Counted from the first letter of the stretch, positions 19,428 through 28,788 are shown. The stretch: 64,000 bases of DNA from an uncultured Candidatus Micrarchaeota archaeon (GCA_963791815.1 CAWBTT010000002.1:472086-536085), one strand, 5' to 3'. Program-made: numbers and translations. The notes: generated from the sequence alone by a model not told the origin.

Positions 19428-20501
19428 CTAAGCGAGGTCGCTCTTCTCAATCACACTAACTGGGGAAACATTATGTAGGGACGGGAACCCATGCTGCCTT
19501 GCAAGGGTCACGGTCTCCAATTCATAATTACGGACCTTTTTAAGGTCCCATTTTGAGACGAGCCCAAGGAATTCTGAGTTGTGCTCTATCCCCTCCTGCA
19601 CATATCTTCGGATTTCGTCATAGCCTGAGATGCCTGCCTGGCCTTCCGGATGAACGAACTTCTGGGCAAGTTCCATCGCAGCAGGCATTTCAACATCGTG
19701 CGTTCCTGCGATAAAGCACGCCACTGCGGCAGGGTCCAATTCAAGTCCTGCAACAGCCAGTGAGTATGCAAGTGCCCCTTGGAGGGTGTGGATGAAAGAA
19801 TCCTCACGATAATGTCTTGGCTGGACAGCCGAAAGGAAGTCTGCTGCCTTTGCTATGTTGGCTTGCGCTGGAAGGTCCATTCCCTTCAAAAGGCTCGGGT
19901 AGCTTGGCACCACAGTGTCTTTCCCATTGTACATTACGTGGTGGAGCCCAACCATGTCAAGCAGGACCTTTATCTCCCCATTTCCGCCGAAAAGTCTCAC
20001 ATACCTGGTTCCTGCAGAAAGGTGCTCATCACGCAAAACCCTCCTTTCGATATCATTCATTTTTTCTCCTTCAAACAATTTGAGGAAAAGTATGCTGACT
20101 CCAAGTTCCTTTACTATTAAGGACATTGGGAGAAGCGTCTTTCCAATATCGTGGAGTATGCCTCCCAGGTAAACTAGTTTTGGGTCTGGGCAGACATCAT
20201 AAACATTGTGGCGCTTTGCCTGCGCTGCCATGATATATGAGAAGAACCCAACCTCTGTCGAGTGCCTTCTCGTATATGTCCAATTAGCGCCGTTGCCTTC
20301 AGTTCCCAGCCTGGAAGCTGCCGAACTTACAAGCGCTCTAAGGCCCAATCCAACACCTCTTTCCCGCTCTTCAATGATCTGTTTTACTACGAATGTTCTT
20401 GTGATCCCTTCTACTGCAGGTTCTGAACCTTTCACCGCCTTGTAGAGCAATGCCTGTAACGGCTTCGCACGTGCGTGGTGCCGATAGTCTAAAGTCGCCA
20501 T
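19428..20501 (-). CDS. HD-GYP-like phosphohydrolase
   Basis: LHDIGK, HH..YNG..SYP..LKG, ADFLSA..PRHYR, LDP. Confidence 0.7.
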   Translation of the reverse strand: MATLDYRHHARAKPLQALLYKAVKGSEPAVEGITRTFVVKQIIEERERGVGLGLRALVSSAASRLGTEGNGANWTYTRRHSTEVGFFSYIMAAQAKRHNVYDVCPDPKLVYLGGILHDIGKTLLPMSLIVKELGVSILFLKLFEGEKMNDIERRVLRDEHLSAGTRYVRLFGGNGEIKVLLDMVGLHHVMYNGKDTVVPSYPSLLKGMDLPAQANIAKAADFLSAVQPRHYREDSFIHTLQGALAYSLAVAGLELDPAAVACFIAGTHDVEMPAAMELAQKFVHPEGQAGISGYDEIRRYVQEGIEHNSEFLGLVSKWDLKKVRNYELETVTLARQHGFPSLHNVSPVSVIEKSDLA

Positions 20502-20554
20502 GGTTCTGATTCCTTCACAATATTTTTATAACTAAACCCTAGATGTTTTAGATT

Positions 20555-21085
20555 ATGAAAATATATACTAAGTTCGGGGACACAGGAAACACAACGCTAC
20601 TTGGCGGCACAGTCGTTTCCAAGGACGAGCTCGCCGTAGAGGCATATGGCAGCGTGGATGAGCTCAACGCATTCCTGGGCACAGTACTTTCATTCAGCGA
20701 AATGACGGAAATTACAGAATCCATGAAAAGAATACAATCAGACCTATTCATTATCGGCGCAGAGCTTGCGTCTACTGAGAACAAGAAAACAATCTCCCCA
20801 ATGCGCATCAGCGAGCTTGAAGATGAGATAGACAAGCTTGCAGCAGAACTCCCCCCACTGAAGAATTTCATTCTTCCTGGTGGCAGCAAAACCGCGTCAT
20901 TGCTTCACCTTGCCCGCACAGTTTGCAGAAGGGCAGAACGAGAGGTTGTCGCACTTTCAAAAAAGGAAAAAGTCAACCCAATATCAATAACCTATCTGAA
21001 CCGTGTGGGGGACCTCTTATTCATGCGGGCCAGATATGTAAATTATAAGAAAAAGGTCAGAGAGACTATCTGGAAGGGGCACTAA
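20555..21085 (+). CDS. pduO: ATP:cob(I)alamin adenosyltransferase (PduO type)
   Basis: KIYTKFGDTG, AYGSVDELN, FILPGG, RTVCRRAER, YLNR. Confidence 0.93.
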   Translation: MKIYTKFGDTGNTTLLGGTVVSKDELAVEAYGSVDELNAFLGTVLSFSEMTEITESMKRIQSDLFIIGAELASTENKKTISPMRISELEDEIDKLAAELPPLKNFILPGGSKTASLLHLARTVCRRAEREVVALSKKEKVNPISITYLNRVGDLLFMRARYVNYKKKVRETIWKGH

Positions 21086-21681
21086 TAGCGTTTTGCAGGA
21101 ACATCGACCTGTGACTGGCCCAGTTCTTTTCTTACTTCAAGCCATTGCCTCGTCTGCACAAAAGGCTCCTCTCCCATCCCTCGTGAAACAATGTCAAGCC
21201 CAGCCGAAGTCAGGAAATATTTCAGCAGAGTGCCGTCCTCACGGCAAATCAAACCATCTCTGCGCAGGCTCATCAGCCTTGCGTGAATCTTAAGATGACT
21301 AATCCCAAAAGCCTCTGCAATCTGGGTCGTTTCATTTATCCCGTTTTTTATCGACACGAGACATGCAATATCTGTTCCACAAAGACTGCCGGAAACACCG
21401 CCTTCGACCTTTACCGGACTGAACAAATCCGAATCATCCCACATTGCCCTGGACACTGCCTCAACTACTCCAGCAGCTTCCTTGACAAGCTGTTTGTGCA
21501 TTAACATCGCTGTGACCTGCCTCAGGGTCCCTGCCATTACTGTTCTTTCTTTTCCTTCATCTACGAGAACGCTGTATGCTGGCTTTTTGAAAACCTGTTT
21601 TATGCCGGTTACTCTGACCTTGCCTTCCGTTGCTTCTGCCCTCTTGACAAAAAGCCCTGATTGTGACTGAACGATTACCAT
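21082..21681 (-). CDS. Hypothetical protein with C-terminal winged-helix domain
   Basis: TQIAEAFGIS..IHARLMSLRRDGLI..YFLTSAG. Confidence 0.6.
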   Translation of the reverse strand: MVIVQSQSGLFVKRAEATEGKVRVTGIKQVFKKPAYSVLVDEGKERTVMAGTLRQVTAMLMHKQLVKEAAGVVEAVSRAMWDDSDLFSPVKVEGGVSGSLCGTDIACLVSIKNGINETTQIAEAFGISHLKIHARLMSLRRDGLICREDGTLLKYFLTSAGLDIVSRGMGEEPFVQTRQWLEVRKELGQSQVDVPAKRY

Positions 21682-21763
21682 AACATAAATGTTGTAAGAT
21701 GGTGTTTATTAATGTTTTTGTATGATACTATTTAGTTAAAAATGTTGGATGTGATATAAACTT

Positions 21764-22750
21764 ATGCGGGTGGAGGATCAAGTTTACGGTGAAATAGAAG
21801 TCTGCGACCCAGTACTTCTAGAACTACTGCGCTCCCCTAGCGTTGTCCGTCTGCAAGGTGTTCAGCAATATGGGATTCCCCAGGAATATCATCCGACCCC
21901 TGGTTTTACCAGATATGAGCATTCAGTGGGGGTTATGGTTCTTCTGAAAAGGCTTGGGGCTGGAATTACTGAGCAGATTGCGGGCCTTCTTCATGACATC
22001 TCACACACCGCGTTTTCGCATGTTACGGATTATCTCTGGATGGATGAGAAAGCGCAGGATGCGCGCCACCGGGAATACCTCCTCAAATCAGAGCTCCCAA
22101 TCATACTGGCACGGCACAACATCCGCGCTGAGGATGTGGCAACAATAGAATCGCACAGTCTTCTTGAGCGTGAAACTCCGGACCTTTGTGCTGACCGTGT
22201 GGACTATGCTCTGCGGGAGCTTGCTCTTGGCCCGAGGAAATCTCTGATTCCAACATACCTTGAGAGCCTCCGCGTGGTTGAGGGAAAAATAGTTTTTGCT
22301 GATTTTGCTAGTGCAAGGGAGTTTGCGCGCGATTATCTCTATATGCACAGTCTCAAATGGGCGGGTGTGGAAAAAACCGTGAGGCAGCACATATTTGCAG
22401 AGGCATTAAAATCGGCGCTCGAATGCAAAGCGCTGAAAGTCGCGGACCTTTTTGAAAATGATGGGTATGTGCTGGGAAAACTGCAGTCCTGCCAACATCC
22501 CAGAGTATGCGCTCTTCTGGACCTCCTTGCCTGCAAACTAAAACTTGAAAGCGATACTGATTCTCCAGACCTTATCCTTACACGAATGCAGCGCCATATA
22601 GATCCTGAGTTCATATCTAATGGGGGATTATTGCGTGTAAGTGGCCGCAGCACAACATACCGTAAAATGCTAGAGTTGCAAAGGCGGCTACACAACAAAG
22701 GGGTTCGGGTTAAAATCCAAGCAGAACCCCGCTGCAAGGCAGTTGCCTAG
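21764..22750 (+). CDS. HD-domain phosphohydrolase (dNTPase/SAMHD1-like motifs)
   Basis: RLQGVQQ, TRYEHSVGV, LLHDISHTAFSH, ADRVDY. Confidence 0.85.
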   Translation: MRVEDQVYGEIEVCDPVLLELLRSPSVVRLQGVQQYGIPQEYHPTPGFTRYEHSVGVMVLLKRLGAGITEQIAGLLHDISHTAFSHVTDYLWMDEKAQDARHREYLLKSELPIILARHNIRAEDVATIESHSLLERETPDLCADRVDYALRELALGPRKSLIPTYLESLRVVEGKIVFADFASAREFARDYLYMHSLKWAGVEKTVRQHIFAEALKSALECKALKVADLFENDGYVLGKLQSCQHPRVCALLDLLACKLKLESDTDSPDLILTRMQRHIDPEFISNGGLLRVSGRSTTYRKMLELQRRLHNKGVRVKIQAEPRCKAVA

Positions 22751-22770
22751 GCGAACCCAGCAGCCGAACC

Positions 22771-23292
22771 CTATCCCACTTCATTTGCATGCGTTATGTT
22801 CTTGGACAGGTAAAGTGCGAAGAGGACCAGCACAGTGCCCAAAACCAGCAGCACCAATCCTAACTCGGCAACGAATATCCCTCCCAAAAGCAATGCAAAG
22901 CCGGCGATGAAAACCAGCCCCACAACCGGCATTGATACTGATGGCCTCATTTTGTCGAGTTTATCAACATCCTTGTCCGAGAGCCCCAACCCCTTTACTG
23001 TTATGTAATAGGCTATCGCACCAAAGATGCCGAAGAACATGGCAAATAAAATCCACAATATCTTGCCAACCAATCCTCGTTTTGATTTCAGGACATCAAA
23101 ACAAACAAGAATCGCAGCCCCGAGGGAAAGAAAAGAATACAGTATGATGAATGGGTAAGCAACAATCGCCAGGATGTCCCCAACTATTCCAGGCCCAAAG
23201 AGTTCACTATTCAGATAATAAGCTACCGAAAGCGCAATCACAATCAGAAAAACAAAAACAGCCGCAATTGCCGTTGATTTGATATTTTCCAT
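22771..23292 (-). CDS. Membrane protein with PLDc_N-like segment
   Basis: Multiple TMs; KILWILFAMFFGIFGAIAYY. Confidence 0.7.
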   Translation of the reverse strand: MENIKSTAIAAVFVFLIVIALSVAYYLNSELFGPGIVGDILAIVAYPFIILYSFLSLGAAILVCFDVLKSKRGLVGKILWILFAMFFGIFGAIAYYITVKGLGLSDKDVDKLDKMRPSVSMPVVGLVFIAGFALLLGGIFVAELGLVLLVLGTVLVLFALYLSKNITHANEVG

Positions 23293-23297
23293 TCAAT

Positions 23298-23984
23298 CTA
23301 CCTTCTCTTTGTATATCTGAAAACATGCCCGAAGAGGTCTGCCAGCGTTTTAATCCCCATGAATATCACCAGCCCAGACATCTTGATTATCTGCACCGCC
23401 AGGGAACCCGTGCCTTCCAGACTGCCAGCAATGGCTATAACTGGAAGAAGAGGCATCAATATGAATCCGGATGCTATTATCGCAATATGCATCGGAATAA
23501 TCCGGTTGTAAGGCTCGCTCATGAACCTGCTCCTGTTTTCCTTCGTGTTGGCCATCCTTTCAGGGGTCTGCAGCATGTTTTTCAAGAATGAGAATCCGTG
23601 GCTGAGAACTAGGATTCCAGTTAGGATGAAAACGTCTGGGAAGTTGGACATGTCGGGCGTGAACCAGGGAAGCACGTAAAGGAAAATCGCGTAACCTGCA
23701 TGGAAAAAACCATAATGAAAACAGAAGAATGCCCCCATCCCGAACGCGGACATTGCATTCGCCGCATCCCTCTGCAATAGCGACCTTCCAGACATGGCCC
23801 AGAGGGTGAGGACAGTGAACCCTCCTATCACAATGCTCTCGAGCCAGTATGCCCACACCACTGAAGACGGGTCCATCTGCAGGACGATGGCAATAATTAT
23901 CGTCATAAAATTGGTGAGCACCAGCATCTTGGCAGAAGGCAGGCGCAACTCAATTCTTTTTTGAATGTCTGCAAGCTGCATCAA
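23298..23984 (-). CDS. Multi-TM membrane protein (DUF6498-like)
   Basis: YWLESIVIG, FCFHYGFFH, PYNRIIPMH. Confidence 0.65.
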   Translation of the reverse strand: MMQLADIQKRIELRLPSAKMLVLTNFMTIIIAIVLQMDPSSVVWAYWLESIVIGGFTVLTLWAMSGRSLLQRDAANAMSAFGMGAFFCFHYGFFHAGYAIFLYVLPWFTPDMSNFPDVFILTGILVLSHGFSFLKNMLQTPERMANTKENRSRFMSEPYNRIIPMHIAIIASGFILMPLLPVIAIAGSLEGTGSLAVQIIKMSGLVIFMGIKTLADLFGHVFRYTKRR

Positions 23985-24021
23985 AAGAAAACTGTGCAGG
24001 AACCAATTAAACGATTGTTAT

Positions 24022-24125
24022 TGTGTCAGGCCGCTCGTTTGTGGGGGCCATGGATTGCACTCATTAGGCCCGCGTTTATCTGCCATCTAAGGTCCAGGTG
24101 CAATGGCCCGGCATCTTCATTTCCA
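24022..24125 (-). ncRNA. Putative C/D-motif hairpin RNA
   Basis: Minus strand: C-like ATGAAGA (24120-24114), stem GGGCCATTGCAC/GTGCAATCCATGGCCC, D box CTGA (24029-24026) followed by CACA. Confidence 0.35.
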
Positions 24126-24154
24126 TGATTTGGTAACATTTTTAAACCATATGT

Positions 24155-24174
24155 TACATAAGTATACTTATGTA
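24155..24174. promoter_or_regulatory. Palindromic operator over the antitoxin start
   Basis: TACATAAGTATACTTATGTA perfect 20-bp palindrome; GTAACAT/ATGTTAC inverted repeat brackets the upstream TTTAAA. Confidence 0.65.
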
Positions 24175-24388
24175 TACAACTGTCAAGATTACAGAGGAGC
24201 TCAAACATAAACTGGACCAGATGAAGCTTCAGGACAGCGAGAGCTATGCAGATGTGATAGAGGACTTGATAGAGGATAGGCTTTCCCTCAATCCCGATTT
24301 CATAAAAGAAATCGAAGAGAGGCGAAAAGAGCACAAGAAAGGCAAGACAATCTCTTTGGAAGATCTGAAAAAAGAAACAGGTCTCTGA
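24170..24388 (+). CDS. RHH-type antitoxin (RelB-like)
   Basis: TTVKITEELKHKL..ESYADVIEDL, C-terminal GKTISLEDLKKE; abuts RelE gene. Confidence 0.85.
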   Translation: MYTTVKITEELKHKLDQMKLQDSESYADVIEDLIEDRLSLNPDFIKEIEERRKEHKKGKTISLEDLKKETGL

Positions 24389-24640
24389 ATGTATAAGATT
24401 GAATTTGTCGAACCGGCCCAGAAAGAGTTCAAGCAACTCAGTAAAGAAAATCAGAAAAGAGCACTTGCAGTTCTTGATCGCATACGCGTAAGGCCATATG
24501 AATTTGCACTGAGGTTGAGCGGCTCCAAAGCATACCGCATCAGGGCAGGCAAGCTACGCATCATCGCCGATATTATTGAAAAAGAAAAACTAATCTTGGT
24601 TCTAAAAATTGGAAATCGGGAAACTGTTTATTTGCCATAA
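24389..24640 (+). CDS. relE: RelE/ParE family toxin
   Basis: YKIEF..AQKEFKQL, YRIRAGKLRII, VLKIGNRETVY. Confidence 0.9.
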   Translation: MYKIEFVEPAQKEFKQLSKENQKRALAVLDRIRVRPYEFALRLSGSKAYRIRAGKLRIIADIIEKEKLILVLKIGNRETVYLP

Positions 24641-24771
24641 TGTGTCAGACCGCACGTCACTAATCATCGCCTTCACTGTGGCCGGGTTTCCCCTGGTCCC
24701 AAACACACTGACGCATGAATGGGACACTGGCTTAGAGCTAAGCTCAGTGATCACCGTTATCATCATCCACA
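24641..24771 (-). ncRNA. Extended box C/D guide sRNA (predicted 16S Cm1402)
   Basis: Terminal TGTG/CACA stem, C ATGATGA (24766-24760), 12-nt guide, D' CTGA (24747-24744), 76-nt hairpin insert, C' ATGATTA (24667-24661), 12-nt guide complementary to ACCGC(A/C)CGTCAC, D CTGA (24648-24645). Confidence 0.7.
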
Positions 24772-24870
24772 GAACTATTCTGTTTTTTCTTTTTTTATCT
24801 CTATGGGCAGAATTGCCCGTGCAAAAAGACGCCTCCTGTGGGCCTCTACCTGGCTCTGAAAATCCAAAGT

Positions 24871-26373
24871 TCAGATGGCATTTTTAATCTCAGGATAAAG
24901 CTCCGGGAACTGCGAGAGCCAATCCCGCCTCTCCTTCCTCAGCTCCTCCACCATCTCCTTGAACTTCTCTTCAGTGTAATGCGCGCTTGGGTGGAACTTG
25001 GAGACATCCATCCCAGGGCAACTTTCAAGGACCTCATAATCCCAGTGCTTGCTTTTCACCCATTTCACAGTGCCCCTTGCAATCTCCCTCATTATGGTTG
25101 CTGAATCGTGGACAGTTATCTTCTCTCCGGGGTCCCCATCATTCTTTCCGACCATGCCAGTATTGAGCAAATAACATTCCATGTGGGGATTGGCCTTCAG
25201 GATATCGTAGAACCTGTTTCCTTCCTCATGCTTTGGTCCTATTATGAATGGGTTGGTGCCGACAACCCTCCTTGACTTTCCAGGGTCAACATCTGATGCA
25301 GAGCTCCCAATCGACTCTCCAAGCATGAAGAATGCCGCTCCCATCTCTCTTGATAGCCTGGCAACTGGGGGCACAATCGTATTCCTCCTGGTTATGAAGA
25401 GGACCATATGCACTTTCGGCAGGTCAATGGATATGCCCGTATGCCTCATCTCGCTTCGCAGTACGACTGCCCTCCCATTGGTAGTTATTGAAGTGTCAAA
25501 AAAATCCAATTCCCCGCCAGGAAGAAGTTTGACATTTTCAAACAGGACATTTGGGGTCATTGCGGCTTCATAGAGAACTGGCTGGTTCTCAGACTCCAGG
25601 CCATCCGTTTTGATATAGAAATTCTTCTCTGTTCCGACGCAGTAAGTGTCATTCTGCATCAATACGACATCGTCCTGTCGGATTGCCACACCCTCTCTCT
25701 TTTTTGCATCCAACCAATGGTGGTGGCATGTAAGGGTTGTCTTGCCCGTTGCGCTGAGCCCAAATAATATCACTCCCCGTTCTCTCAGATTCCCTTCATT
25801 ATCCACTGCCCTGATGAGTTTTGAGCCTGCGTGCAGCCCGAGCCCACCTTCCTGCTTTGTCCTGTACATGGCCATTCTGAGGTTGGCTTTTTTCATCTCT
25901 CCGGTGTAATCTGATCCCAAGACAAACGTAATCCCACTCTCAGGGTCAACCAAAATCTTTGTCTGGGGCCACTCTGGTATCTGGAGAGTGACAAAATCAG
26001 GAAATTCCGACTTAATGGTCTGGAAGAGCATTGTCCCCCACATGTATGCTATATGTGCATATTCAGCTGAAACAATTGCCCTGCAGCGATATGGCTTGGT
26101 AATGCACATCTGTCTATCCAGCTGAATGAGTTTTTTTCCTTTAAGATATTCTACGATTTTGTTTACTAGTTCCATGTGCTCTTGCGAAGGTCCCTGCTCA
26201 AGCACCTCAGTATATTTGGCGCTCCTTCCCTTGATTTTTGTCCCATAGACGATACTGCCATTGGCAGATATCTGGTCTTCTTTTGAAGCCATCCCTCTTA
26301 GTCTCTCAGGGGAGGGGTTCAGGATTATCTCTGCATTGTCGATTATTGCCTCTAAGGCTTTCTTGAATGGCAT
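24871..26373 (-). CDS. pckA: Phosphoenolpyruvate carboxykinase (ATP)
   Basis: YTGEMKK, LHAG, FGLSATGKTT, QDD, NGRA, LLNTG. Confidence 0.88.
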   Translation of the reverse strand: MPFKKALEAIIDNAEIILNPSPERLRGMASKEDQISANGSIVYGTKIKGRSAKYTEVLEQGPSQEHMELVNKIVEYLKGKKLIQLDRQMCITKPYRCRAIVSAEYAHIAYMWGTMLFQTIKSEFPDFVTLQIPEWPQTKILVDPESGITFVLGSDYTGEMKKANLRMAMYRTKQEGGLGLHAGSKLIRAVDNEGNLRERGVILFGLSATGKTTLTCHHHWLDAKKREGVAIRQDDVVLMQNDTYCVGTEKNFYIKTDGLESENQPVLYEAAMTPNVLFENVKLLPGGELDFFDTSITTNGRAVVLRSEMRHTGISIDLPKVHMVLFITRRNTIVPPVARLSREMGAAFFMLGESIGSSASDVDPGKSRRVVGTNPFIIGPKHEEGNRFYDILKANPHMECYLLNTGMVGKNDGDPGEKITVHDSATIMREIARGTVKWVKSKHWDYEVLESCPGMDVSKFHPSAHYTEEKFKEMVEELRKERRDWLSQFPELYPEIKNAI

Positions 26374-26499
26374 AACCTAAAAATCTCCGTTATCCTTTTT
26401 ATTTCTGTCTTGTGGGGAGCTTTCCCGAAGCAGTTGATATCCTCTGAAAAATTCCTTTTCGTAGACCTTTTTTATCCCTTTCCTGCGAATACTAATCCA

Positions 26500-28788
26500 A
26501 TGATTAATTCTATTCGCCTTGTCAACTGGCGTTCACATTCTGATACTGCCCTTGAGTTTCGCAGCGGCACCAACCTGCTAGTGGGCATAATGGGCGCTGG
26601 CAAATCCAGCATTCTCGAAGGCATCAGCTTTGCCCTTTTCGGGACATTCCCGGCACTTGAGCGGCGAAAACTGAAGATTGACAATCTTGTGCGTCTCAAT
26701 GAGCCAAGCTCCAAAATACTCATTGAATTCTCTTGGGAAGGGTCAAAATATCTGGTGGAACGCGAAATCGAGAGGAAGAAAAACAGTACATCCACAAAGG
26801 CCGAAATTTTCAAGGATGGCCAGCTTGTGGAAAATGGCACATCTGCCGTTAACAGCTATGTTGAGAATCTGACTTCTGTTGATTACGATCTCTTCACCAG
26901 GGCAATCTACTCAGAACAAAACAACATAGAATATTTTCTCAACCTCGACCCAAGAAGAAGAAAACAGGAAATCGATACCCTCCTTGGTCTTGACCGCTTT
27001 GAGACTGCACGGGCAAATATGGTTACAGTGACAGGCAGAATCAAGACAAAAAAACAAACCTTGGAAGAGAATTTCAGTTCTGAGAAACTAACAGAACTTG
27101 AAACTCAGAAAAAGGAGAATTCACAGAAACTTGCTGATTCTGAAAAGAAACTCGCCGAGACAGCAGCTAAGCTAGAAGAAAACCAAAAGCGTTCTGCAGG
27201 CCTTGTAGAATCCTTTGAGAAGATGAAAAAACAGAAGGAAACATTTGAGCGGCTGGAGAAGGAATCAATCCGCCTCGCAGCCAACCTCGATTCTCTTGAG
27301 AAAGAAACCATTCCGGTTGATGAAAAACAGTTTGAAGAAACCCGCGGCAGGCTTTCCAAACTGGTTGAAGAGAGAAATAAACAATCAGAATCACTGCGTT
27401 CTCTTGATTCGCAGAACGCAGAACTCTCAAAGAAATCCGGGTCCATTGCCGCAGAAATAAAATCTACTCAGGAATCCAAAATCAGAATCGAAAAACTCAG
27501 AGCCGAACTCAATTCAATTCTTGGCCAAAGCACTCTTGATTCTCTTGAGGCAAAATCAAAAGAGCTTGAGCAATCCCTGCTCTCACATCAATCCGAGCAA
27601 CAATCCCTGAAGCAGCAGATTACTGAAATATCAGACGTATTGGCAAAACTCAAACCTGGCATGGCAGAATGTCCGCTCTGTTCATCTGCCCTTAGCGGAG
27701 ATTCCCTCTCACACATCAAAAACGAGCGCACATCTTTGATTTGCGCAAAAGAAAAACGAATCACTGAACTTTCAACACTTCTTGAAAAAAGCAAAAAAGA
27801 CAAGGCCAGCGTTATGCAGGCTCTGCAGCGCGCATCCACAATATCGAGCACCATCTCAAACACGGAAACTAAGGATGTTGCTGCCTTGGAATCATCTGCA
27901 ACTCAGATAAAAACCGAACTCACATCGCTTGAGGAGAAAAAGAAAACAACTCAAGGTGCCCTGGATGCAGTGTCCAAGGAAATGGAGGCGCTGAGACTTG
28001 AAATCAGTAAGATTGAGGAGATGCTGAAAAAAATGAAGCAGCTTGATGAGTCGCGGAAAAAATTCTCGGAAACAAAAACACAACTAGACTCCATCAAATT
28101 CGATTCAAAGGAATTCGAGGCGCTAAGGGAAAATGCGGAGGCTGCCCGTCTCGAAGCCGAACGCATGAAATCTGCAAAAACTATTCTGGAGAATGAAAAA
28201 AAATCCGCCGCAGAAGTTCTCCAGATTGTAAGGAAGGAAATTTCTGCACTTGGAGAAACCAAAAAACAAATAGCAGATTTATACTCTCTTGATGAAGAGC
28301 TTGCCATTTACCGCAACGCCTTGCTTGAGACCCAAGTCACTCTCAGGGGCAGTATGACTGATGCAATCAACGGCGCAATGAACGAAATCTGGCCCATCTT
28401 CTACCCTTACCATAACTACCGGGCCCTTCGCCTGAATGTAAGTGAAAAAGACTATGTCTTTGAAGTGAATGATGGGGAATGGAAAAACCTCGACAGCATT
28501 GCAAGCGGCGGGGAGCGGGCAAGCGCAGCGCTGACCCTCAGGGTCGCGCTAGCAATGGTTCTGACGCCAAAACTCAGCTGGCTTATTCTTGATGAGCCAA
28601 CCCACAATCTGGATTCTCAGGCTGTGGAGCTACTCTCATCTGCGCTGCAGTTCAAGGTTCCAGAAGTAGTGCGGCAGACATTTGTCATTACGCACGATGA
28701 AAATTTCATGGGCTCTGACTTTGCCTCAAGCTACAGGTTAACTAGAGATAAGGAAAATAATGGCTCTACAAAAGCAGAATCGATTTAG
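26500..28788 (+). CDS. rad50: Rad50/SbcC-like SMC ATPase
   Basis: GIMGAGKSS, Q-loop, CPLC zinc hook in coiled coil, SGGE, LILDEPT, ITH. Confidence 0.85.
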   Translation: MINSIRLVNWRSHSDTALEFRSGTNLLVGIMGAGKSSILEGISFALFGTFPALERRKLKIDNLVRLNEPSSKILIEFSWEGSKYLVEREIERKKNSTSTKAEIFKDGQLVENGTSAVNSYVENLTSVDYDLFTRAIYSEQNNIEYFLNLDPRRRKQEIDTLLGLDRFETARANMVTVTGRIKTKKQTLEENFSSEKLTELETQKKENSQKLADSEKKLAETAAKLEENQKRSAGLVESFEKMKKQKETFERLEKESIRLAANLDSLEKETIPVDEKQFEETRGRLSKLVEERNKQSESLRSLDSQNAELSKKSGSIAAEIKSTQESKIRIEKLRAELNSILGQSTLDSLEAKSKELEQSLLSHQSEQQSLKQQITEISDVLAKLKPGMAECPLCSSALSGDSLSHIKNERTSLICAKEKRITELSTLLEKSKKDKASVMQALQRASTISSTISNTETKDVAALESSATQIKTELTSLEEKKKTTQGALDAVSKEMEALRLEISKIEEMLKKMKQLDESRKKFSETKTQLDSIKFDSKEFEALRENAEAARLEAERMKSAKTILENEKKSAAEVLQIVRKEISALGETKKQIADLYSLDEELAIYRNALLETQVTLRGSMTDAINGAMNEIWPIFYPYHNYRALRLNVSEKDYVFEVNDGEWKNLDSIASGGERASAALTLRVALAMVLTPKLSWLILDEPTHNLDSQAVELLSSALQFKVPEVVRQTFVITHDENFMGSDFASSYRLTRDKENNGSTKAESI

